Shown in pieces: positions 1 to 11,212 of a stretch of DNA of 64,000 nucleotides (the first letter of the stretch is position 1; each line of letters begins with the position of its first letter). Where the stretch lies: the NCBI GenBank assembly GCA_964016885.1, contig OZ024761.1, positions 5,084,001 through 5,148,000 on the forward strand, given 5' to 3'. Under the pieces are notes generated by a model. It searched no databases, had not been told where the DNA came from, and saw only the letters and a program-made list of their open reading frames with translations. Source of the DNA: Eledone cirrhosa (Eukaryota). A program made the translations under genes and the position numbers.

Positions 1-231
1 GCGGAAGATATTTACGATTGTGCAAATATGGGGTGGTTTCCATGAACAATGATTAGTTAGGTTCTAAGGAAAATTCTGTGAATAACTGAGACCGCGACTG
101 TTGGGGGTACACTGTAAACTTTTCAATAATTAATATTTTTTTTTTTTTGTTAAAGCCTTAAATGCTTAAATCCAGCACTACACTCTACTACCTTAATAAT
201 GTAGTCCTAGAAATTCATGTTTTCACATTAC

Positions 232-344
232 CTGTTCACTTCTCACAATAGATGGTGGGATTGAGAAATAAAACCCAGCTTTCACCCCTTCAATAGCAAC
301 AGAGGGCCGACCATCAAATGCATGGAGAAGTACATTTTCAGCTC
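232..344 (-). CDS. TATDN3: TATDN3 exon 10 ([37 protein letters not shown])
   Basis: tttcag acceptor, GTAATG donor, phase 1/0. Confidence 0.95.
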
Positions 345-1419
345 CTGAAATTAATCAAAGACAGAATACTTTCTATAATATATATATATATCATCATTTC
401 ATTTTACGTCCACTTTTCCCTGCTTGCAAGGGTGGGACGGGAACTGATTCTGGCTTGATTTCTACAGCTGGATGCCCTTCCTAACACCAACCTCATTTAC
501 AGTGAGTGCTGGGTGCTTTTTTGCCGTGGCACCTCCACGACCACTTTGCAGTGGAATGATATGGACCCCAGTCCCTATCATCTCATTTCTACAGCTGCGT
601 AAACTGGAGCAATGTGAAATAAAGTGTCTTGCTCAAGGAAACAACACATCACCCGGTCTGAGAATTGAACTCACAACCTTTCGATTGCAAGGCCAATGCT
701 CTAACCACTAAACCATGTGCCTCCATATATGAATCAAAATGGCGAGCTGTGTTGTTGCAATTAAGTATAATGAAAAATTAGAAATTAGAAGTTAGGATTA
801 TCCATCATCAGTTGTCTACTAGACATCATAGGCATTTCTTTGTGTTAAAGACAAGATACCTCAGCCTACGGCGAAACAATAACTAAAGTAAGTTATTGGG
901 ATAAAAAGAAGTGGGTGGAGAAAGAGAAAGACATGTAAACAAACACGATGGGTGAAGCAACGTAAAGAGAGGAAAAAAGGAAAAAATTAAGTCAATGGCT
1001 TTGGCCTCGCCATGGACACGAGGTTTCTGGCAAGGGCAACGTTGGTAGAGAAACCTGTACACCATTTGGGACACGATTTCACATCGAAAACAAATTAGTT
1101 TGTATGGAAAACAGCTGGTCCTCTACAGTCTTATTACTCTGGAGTTTCACCATTTAGCCATATTCGAAGATAAGAACGGGCGAATTTTGACGAGGAGAAA
1201 AAGACAGCATCTTGACCGTAGCAGTGTGAGCAAGAAAGACTGCATACAGTGTTGGACGATGGAGGAAGTGAGAGAGAGGGTGAGTAGCAGAGAGTGAGTG
1301 AGTGAAAATGCGAGGAAGAGGCTAGCCGAGAGAGGGTGACTAGCAGAGGGGGTGAGTGAAAGTAAGAGGGAGAAGGATAAAGAGAAGGGGAGAGAGAGAG
1401 GATAGCAGCAAGAGAAGAG

Positions 1420-1454
<35 letters not shown>

Positions 1455-4400
1455 ATATATATTTATATATATTACAACAGAGATACTCTTTTATTCCTTT
1501 ATTCATTTATTGCTGGTTTCAGTCATTGGACTGAGCCCATGCTGGAGCACATCCTTCAAGTGTATATATATATAGAGAGAGATATAGATAGGTAAATATA
1601 CACGGGTGTGTATGATTGTGTATAGAAGATTATATTAATAAGAGGAATTCCAACTTTGTCTGATTTACTCGTTTTATTTACAATCCTTTAAAATATATAT
1701 AATGGTATTATAATGAAATAGTATGATAGAATATTAAATTCTAAGTGTTAATTGAACAAGTACTTTCATGCTTTCGCAATCTTCAGGTTCATGATATGTG
1801 GTGACAGTCGAGTTTTCAATTTTCAACTGTAATAATCTCATTACAGTTGAAAATTGCAAACTCGACTGTCACCACATATCATGAACCTGAAGATTGCGAA
1901 AGCATGAAAGTACTTGTTCAATTAACACTTAGAATTTAATATTCTATCATACTATTTCATTAGAATACCATTATATATATTTTAAAGGATTGTAAATAAA
2001 ACGAGTAAATCAGACAAAGTTGGAATTCCTCTTATTAATATATATATATATATATATATATTTCTAGGGCGGGTAAAATTCCCGAGATCCATGGACGAGT
2101 TCTCTCCAGCGGTCTCTGTCCCTCATTATCACTGCCATGACCTGCGCCTCCCACAGACCAGTGTCTGTCCTTAGGGCATCAACATACGTTAACTTTGGTC
2201 TTCCTCTTCCAGTGTGTCCATACAGGGGCTCCCACAGGAGATGAGGGGATTACTAATGTAGGCGGGAAGCCACTGGAATTAATTGAGGACTTCCTGTATT
2301 TGGGAGCAAAGATTGGGAATACGGAATATGATGTGGTTGAGAGGAAGAGCAAAGCCTGGGCGGCGTGCCACAGCTTGAGATAGGTGTGGAAGTTGGACCT
2401 TCGTGTAGACCTGAAGATATCATCATCATCATCATCGTTTAACGTCCATCTTCCATGCTTGCATGGGTTTGGACGGGAGTTTTCCCACTTGAGGCAAGAG
2501 TGGTTGTCTTGCTCGTGTAGGACTGTCTGGCGGGTTTTCTAGGGCTGAATGCCCTTCCTAACACCAACCACGTTTACAGTGTGGACTGGGAGGTTTTTAC
2601 CGTGTTACCTACACGGCCACATTACAGCGTGGGCTGTGTGTTTTTTTTTTCGTGACACCTACACGACCTTATTTATTTAGGACTGGATGTTGTGGTACCA
2701 ACATAACTTTACATTGAAAGTGCATTACTGGTACTTTATTTTATCGACCCCGTAAGGATGAAAGGCAAAGTTAATCCCGCCGAGGTTAACTTTGCCTTTC
2801 ATCCTTACGGGGTCGATAAAATAAAGTACCAGTAATGCACTGGGTAATTGCTGGCCTTGTGCCAAATGTAGAAACAATTATATTTTCACGGAAAAGGCTT
2901 TATCTCACATAATATCTCACATAACATTTACATTACTCTATATATACTATTGTATTTTCACAGTAAAGGCTTTATCTCACATAATATCTCACATAACATT
3001 TACATTACTCTATATATACTATTGTATTTTCACAGTAAAGGCTTTATCTCACATAATATCAACTGTATCAGATTTTGATATTATTTATTTTGAGAACAAT
3101 ACCTTAACATCGGTATAAGCGGCTGGTTACAGCCTGTTTGAACAGAAAGAAGTGAGAGAATTCTGGCTGGTTACAGCTGGTTTAAATGCTAAAGGGTTAA
3201 AGTCTTCTCAACAAAGGTGGTGATTTGGTGGTGATTTATCACACGCCAGCCCTTAGGGTTGGTGGTGAATGAATACAAATGACGACTTCCGTCAAGTAGT
3301 TGCTTCACACCTTTTTTCAGTTCTACCTGGCAGTTGCAGTTTTCACTTTGTCAACACCAGACCTTACAAATGGCATTCCCTGTAGCAAGTAGCAAGATGT
3401 AGGTAGGAAGAAGGTTGCTGGGCCCTTTTTGAGAGGGGGCGAAAGTTTTTTGCTAAGTGCTACTTAGCAAAAAACTTTCGCCGCACTTAGCAAAAAACTT
3501 TCGCCCCCTCTCAAAAAGGGCCCAGCAATCTTCTTCCTACCTAAACATATTTCACATACATTCCTCGTGCAACACAAATTCTCTCCTTGTTTGTTTTTCA
3601 TATCTTTTGACTATAACAAAATGTTAATTCATGTGAGTCCATGTGAAATACTTCTCAATAAACTATATATTACTAAAGACTTATTACTAAAGTAGTTACA
3701 TTCCAGATTTTCAACTGAGTGGTACTACGTAACTCATTCCTGATTTTCTTCATCCTGCCTTCTAATGCCAGGAGTAATAACTATATATAACTCTGCGAGG
3801 AATTACCTTGTTATCCTTCAGCTCGACTATGCCTTAATTTGCACCTTTTCACTTTCCTTGTACTTATCATCATCATCATCATCATCATTGTTTAACGTCT
3901 ATCTTCCACGCTAGCATGGGTTTAGACGGGAATTGTCCCACGTGAGGCAAGATTGGTCGGGTGACCATGTCTCGCTCATATAGGACTATCTGGCAGGTTT
4001 TCTACGGCTGGATGCCCTTCCTAAGACCAACCGCGTTTACAGTGTGGACTACACGGCCACATTACAGCGTGGACTGTGTTTTTTTTTTGTTGTGACACCT
4101 ACACAACCTCATTTACTTTGGACTGGATGTTGTGGTACCAACATAATTTTAGGTGTAGATGGGGGTGGGGGTAAGGGTAGTGAGGTGGGGGTAAGGATGG
4201 TGGGATGGGGGTGTATTTTTGGTTAGGAGGAGCCTACTGACTGTAGGTTCCGCTTTGTACTTAGGCAAGGCGGGTCTTCTATATTACTGCGTAACGCCAA
4301 AGCTCTCGGTCCAGTGACATCGTCTTAGAGAGGTGCAAGTGTGTAAGGTCGGAATTTATCAAATCGTCCCAGGTTTTTCTGGGTCTACCTACTCCGTAAC

Positions 4401-4975
4401 TTCCATCAATTTTGATCGCCCTGCACCTTTTTATACAGCTGTCGTCTTATATTAATATGAAGAAGAAAATAAATCTTTATTATATGTTTAAATATGCTTT
4501 CTTATCCTTTCCGCAACCAAGAATAATAATTAAAGCATTTATGGTAAAGTGTTATACATACCAAGTTCCTTCAATAGGGTGATAGTAGGTCGACCAGCAG
4601 ATCGGGAGTGGACATTTCTAGGGAATCAATAAATATATATATTAGGTATCACATTCTTCAACAGTTTACAGTACACACACATATATACATACAGACACAT
4701 ATATATACACACACACACACATATATATACATATACACACATATATATATATACACACACACATATATATACACACACACACACATATATATACATATAC
4801 ACACATATATATATATATATACACACACACATATATATATGAAAAACAAGGGGAGAGGAATACTGCGTGGTTGCACATGGATTACATATAAAATTAGTCC
4901 CTCATCAGTGATTTGCCAACCATATGTGTATATATATATACACACACACATATATATATACATACACACACACAC

Positions 4976-5020
<45 letters not shown>

Positions 5021-8000
5021 TATATCTCAAGGGCGGTGCCCCAGCATGGCCTCAGCCGGATGGCTGAAACAGGTAAAATAGTAAAAGAGTATATACACAC
5101 ATATATATATATACATATACACACATATATATATATACACACACACATATATATATACATATACACACACATATATATACACACACACACACACATATAT
5201 ATATATACATACACACACACATATATACATATACACACATATATATATACATATACACCCATATATATACATATATATAGATATAACAAATTCAGATGAT
5301 AGGTAAGAGTTGTTAAAACATTCAATATCTTTCAATTGTTTCAATTCAGGTAAATACGCCAAGATAAACATAATAAAAATAAAAATAATAATAAAAACAG
5401 AATATCATCATCATCATTGTTTAACGTCCATCTTCCATGCTAGCATGGGTTAAACGGTTTTGTTCCACTTGAGGCGAGATTGGTCGGGAGACCATGTCCC
5501 CCTCATACAGAACTGTCCCCGGCAAGTTTTCTATGGCTGATGCCCTTCCTAACACCAACCACATTTACAGTGTGGGAGACTGGGAGCCTTTTTAACGTGT
5601 CTCCTACTTGACCACTTTACAGTGTGGGCTGGATGATTTTTGTTGTGACACCTACACAACCATTTTACAGTGTGAACTGGGGGCCTTTTTAACGTGTCTC
5701 CTTCATGACCACCTTACAGTGTGAACTGGGTGCTTTTTGTTGTGACACCTACACAACCATTTTACAGTGTGAACTGGGGGCCTTTTTAACGTGTCTCCTT
5801 CATGACCACTTTACAGTGTGGACTGGGTGCTTTTTGTTGTGACACCTACACAACCATTTTACAGTGTGAACTGGGGGCCTTTTTAACGTGTCTCCTTCAT
5901 GACCACTTTACAGTGTGGACTGGGTGCTTTTTGTTGTGACACCTACACAACCATTTTACAGTGTGAACTGGGGGCCTTTTTAACGTGTCTCCTTCATGAC
6001 CACTTTACAGTGTGGACTGGGTGCTTTTTGTTGTGACACCTACACAACCATTTTACAGTGTGAACTGGGGGCCTTTTTAACGTGTCTCCTTCATGACCAC
6101 TTTACAGTGTGGACTGGGTGCTTTTTGTTTTGTTACCTACATGACCACTTTACAGTGTAGACTGGGTGCTTTTTGTTGTGTCACCTACACAACCACTTTA
6201 CAGTGGACAGAATTGGGAGGATGGAGTAGGGTGTATTGTGTGGGGGTGTATATTGGATTAAGAAGTCCCTACTGACTCTAGGTTTAAGTTTGTATGCAAG
6301 AGAAGGTGGATCTTCTGTACAACTGCATAGTAGGTTTCTGTACAACTGCACTGTAGGTTTCGCTTTGTACTTAGGCAAGGTAGGTCTTCTGTATTACTAC
6401 GTAGCGCCAACGATCTTGGTCAAGTGACATTGTCTTGGAGAGGTGTAAGTGTGTGAGGTCGGATTTTATCAAGTCGTCCCAGGTTTTTATATATATATAT
6501 TGAACCCAGTTAGTATGATTGTCTTGTGTTATATATAGTATTATAAGCCAAGCAGAAACCCTTCTCCAGAATGTTGAACATTGAACCAAAGGTCTCCATG
6601 TTAACTCAGACAAACTGGATTACATAAACTTGAATAAAAATACAATCCAACACACCTCAACTGTCATCATCATCATCATTTCATTTTTACGTCCGCTTTT
6701 CCCTGCTTGCAAGGGTGGGACGGGAACTGATTTTGGCTTGATTTCTACAGCTGGATGCCCTTCCTAATACCAACCTCATTTACAGTGAGTGCTGGGTGCT
6801 TTTTTGCCGTGGCACCTCCACGACCACTTTGCAGTGGAATGATAGGGACCCCAGTCCCTATCATCTCATTTCTACAGCTGAGTAAACTGGAGCAATGTGA
6901 AATAAAGTGTCTTGCTCAAGGAAACAACACATCACCCGGTCTGAGAATTGAACTCACAACCTTTCGATTGCAAGGCCAATGCTCTAACCACTAAGCCATG
7001 TACCTCCATATAAGCCATGTGCCTCCAACTGTGTAGAAGAATTTACTGATCTGTGTAGTAAAGTGTCTAGCTGTGAAAGAAATGTAAACACACCTCTCAA
7101 TTGTGTAGAAGAATTTACTGATCTGTGTAGTAAACTCTCTAGCTGTCAAAGTAATGTAAACATGCTCAGGTAAGGCCTGGGGGCATCAACTAGTTATCTC
7201 TAGTGTGGAAATCTAGACTTCCAGACAACATAAGCAGGAGCCTCTTTCAAGCAACGGTTACCTCTGTTCTAATGAATGGCTGCTCACTATGGACCCTTAC
7301 ATCAAAACTGGAAAGAAGATTCGATTGAGCCTACACTGACATGTCAAGAGTGACTTTGAATGTCCCTTGGAGAGTTCATCTGACCAATGAGTGACTGTAT
7401 GGGAACCTTTGTCCAGTATCAGACATCAAAGAATGTTGAGTCAGGTTTGCAGGACATTGGTGGAGAGCTAAAGATGATATTGTTAGTGACATTCTTTTGT
7501 GGGAGTCTACACAAGGAAGACCTAGCTGAAGTGATAAGCCAAGACCTGTATCAGATTTGTGGTGACATAAACTGTAATCTCTCTCTTGTGGGAGTCTACA
7601 CAAGGAAGACCTAGCTGAGGTGATAAGCCAAGACCTATATCAGATTTGTGGTGACATAAACTGCAATCTCTCTCTTGTGGGAGTCTACACAAGGAAGACC
7701 TAGCTGAGGTGATAAGCCAAGACCTATATCAGATTTGTGGTGACATAAACTGCAATCTCTCTCTTGTGGGAGTCTACACAAGGAAGACCTAGCAGAGGTG
7801 ATAAGCCAAGACCTATATCAGATTTGTGGTGACATAAACTGCAATCTCTCTCTTGTGGGAGTCTACACAAGGAAGACCTAGCTGAGGTGATAACCCAAGA
7901 CCTATATCAGATTTGTGATGGCATAAACTGCAATCCTTTTGACCTGCCAAGTACGATGGTGACAGGGTGTGAAGGGAATCTGTGTAAGAATAGGGACCTA

Positions 8001-10997
8001 AAATAGAACTAGATGGTGACAGAGAGTCAAGAGAATCTGTACAAGAGGGACCTACAATAGAACTGGTGGGTGACAGGGAGTTAAGGTAGTCTGTGAAGAG
8101 GGACCTACAGTAGAACTGGATGGTGACAGAGTCAAGGGAATCTGTGTAAGAGGGAGCTACAGTAGAACTGGATGGTGACAGAAAGTCATGGGAATCTGTG
8201 AAAGAAGAGAGACCTACAGTAGAACTGGATGGTGACAGAGTCAAGGGAATCTGTGAAGGATGAGGGATCTACAATAGAACTGGATGGTGACAGGGAGTAA
8301 AGGGAATCTGTACAAGAGAGACCTATTGATTAATTGATATATTATTTTATGAGTAAGATCGGCCCTTGTGGCCGATAAATGAAATCATTATTTGATGAGT
8401 AAGACATAGTTAATCATACTTACAGTGGAAGATTGTATTTCTTAGCAATTTCAACCTGAAAACAGAAGGGTGAGACATAATAACCCAATGAAGATATCTC
8501 CTTTTCCAACACATTACAGTAGGATATTAATAATTGTTTCTACTTTAGGCACAAGACAGGGTGGACTGGGTACTTTTGTTGTGGTACCAGCACTACCACC
8601 TGACAGGTGGACTGGGTACTTTTGTTGTGGTACCAGCACTACCACCTGACAGGATGGACTGGGTACTTTTGTTGTGGTACCAGCACTACCACCTGACTGG
8701 ATGGACTGGGTACTTTTGTTGTGGTACCAGCACCACTGCTTTACAGTACAGACTGGGTACTTTTGTTGTGGTACCAGCACTACCACCTGACAGGTGGACT
8801 GGGTACTTTTGTTGTGGTACCAGCTCCACTGCTTTACAGTGCAGACTGGGTACTTTTGTTGTGGTACCAGCACTACCACCTGACAGATGGACTGGGTACT
8901 TTTGTTGTGGTACCAGCACTACCACCTGACAGATGGACTGGGTACTTTTGTTGTGGTACCAGCACCACTGCTTTACAGTACAGACTGGGTACTTTTGTTG
9001 TGGTACCAGCACCACTGCTTTACAGTACAGACTGGGTACTTTTGTTGTGGTACCAGTACTACCACCTTACAGGATGGACTGGGTACTTTTGTTGTGGTAC
9101 CAGCACCACTGCTTTACAGTGCAGACTGGGTACTTTCCTTCCCTGTGATAAACAGGTGAAACTCCTGAGTAACAAGACTCATTATTCAGCCTTAATAAAA
9201 TGAATATACTTACACATATATATATATACATACATATATATATGTAAATTATATATACGTAAAACATATATATATATGTAAAACATATATATATATATAA
9301 AACGGTGATAATGATGATGATGATGATATATATATACATATACATATATATATATGTACATAAAATACAATATGTTGAAAAGGTAACACACTAGAGAGAG
9401 ATATACAGTGTGCCATCAATAACAGGGGAAAACCACCAGTGTATGGAATCTATAATCTATGAAAGGCAGGGTAGACACACAATAATTAAAAATATAAATT
9501 AAAATGTATATACGTACCTCTATAATTATATTTTTAATTATTGTGTGTCTACCCTGCCTTCCATAGAGTATAGATTCCATACACTGGTGGTTTTCCCTGT
9601 TTTATTGATGGCACACTATCTCTCTCTAGTGTGTTACCTTTTCAACATATTGTATTTTAAAGAGCTCAGGATTCCTTTTCCTTTGAACACATTATTGACA
9701 GGGAATAAAGAGAGTCTATGGCTCCGGTAATTTATCGTGATATATATCATCATCATCATCATCATCATCAGGTTTAGCGTCCGTGTTCCACGCTTGCATG
9801 GGTTTGGACGGGGGTAGTCCCACTTGAGGCAAGAGTGGTTGTCTTGCTCGCATAGGACTGTCTGGCGGGTTTTCTACAGTTGGATGCCCTTCCTAACACG
9901 AACCACATTTACAGTGTGGGTCTGGGAGGTTTTTACCGTGTTGCCTACACGGCCACATTACAGCGTGGACTGTCTGGCGGGTTTTCTACAGCTGGATGCC
10001 CTTCCTAACACCAACCACATTTACAGTGTGGGTCTGGGAGGTTTTTACCGTGTTGCCTACACGGCCACATTACAGCGTGGACTGTCTGGCGGGTTTTCTA
10101 CAGCTGGATGCCCTTCCTAACACCAACCACATTTACAGTGTGGGTCTGGGAGGTTTTTACCGTGTTGCCTACACGGCCACATTACAGCGTGGACTGTCTG
10201 GCGGGTTTTCTACAGCTGGATGCCCTTCCTAACACCAACCACATTTACAGTGTGGGTCTGGGAGGTTTTTACCGTGTTGCCTACACGGCCACATTACAGC
10301 GTGGACTGTCTGGCGGGTTTTCTACAGCTGGATGCCCTTCCTAACACCAACCACATTTACAGTGTGGGTCTGGGAGGTTTTTACCGTGTTACCTACACGG
10401 CCACATTACAGCGTGGACTGTCTGGCGGGTTTTCTACAGCTGGATGCCCTTCCTAACACCAACCACATTTACAGTGTGGGGCTGGGAGGTTTTTACCGTG
10501 TTGCCTACACGGCCAGATTTACAGCGTGGACTGTCTGGCGGGTTTTCTACAGCTGGATGCCCTTCCTAACACCAACCACATTTACAGTGTGGGGCTGGGA
10601 GGTTTTTACCGTGTTGCCTACACGGCCACATTTACAGCGTGGACTGTGTGTTTTTTTGTCGTGACACCTACACGATCTCATTTGTATCGGCCTGGATGTT
10701 GTGGGACCAACATAACTTTACATTGAAAGGGGCGGTGTGGATGGGGTGGAGGTGGTGGGACGGGGGGGTGTTTTGATAGAGATGCCTACTGACTGTAGTA
10801 GGTTTTTACTTTGTATTTAGGTAAGGCGGGTCTTCTCTATTACTGAGTACCGCCAAAGGTCTCGGTCCAGTGACATTGTCTTGGAGAGGTGTAAGCGTGT
10901 GAGGTCGGAATTTATCAGCTCGTCCCATGTTTTTCTGGGTCTGCCTACTCCGTGGCTACCGTCTATCTTTATTGCCCTGCACTTTGTTATGTATATA

Positions 10998-11054
<57 letters not shown>

Positions 11055-11173
11055 CGAAGGAAATGTGGTAAGGAACCAGGTGGACCATAACGCACCAAAG
11101 TACTCAATACTTAGGGTAGTAGAGAATTAGCCATCGAAATGGCTTGAGCTCAGCCGTCGGGATCCCACTCGTT

Positions 11174-11212
<39 letters not shown>

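Noticed and set aside
472-711. 79-aa ORF recurring at 6755 and 58583
   Set aside because: Antisense reading of SINE family A
655-724. tRNA-like sequence
   Set aside because: A SINE head present in several copies, fused to a CORE-like body and LINE tail; acceptor and anticodon stems do not pair properly
8560-9136. Regular repeats superficially like a CRISPR array (also 20203-20557, 50595-52190)
   Set aside because: No unique spacers, no cas genes, eukaryotic intronic context
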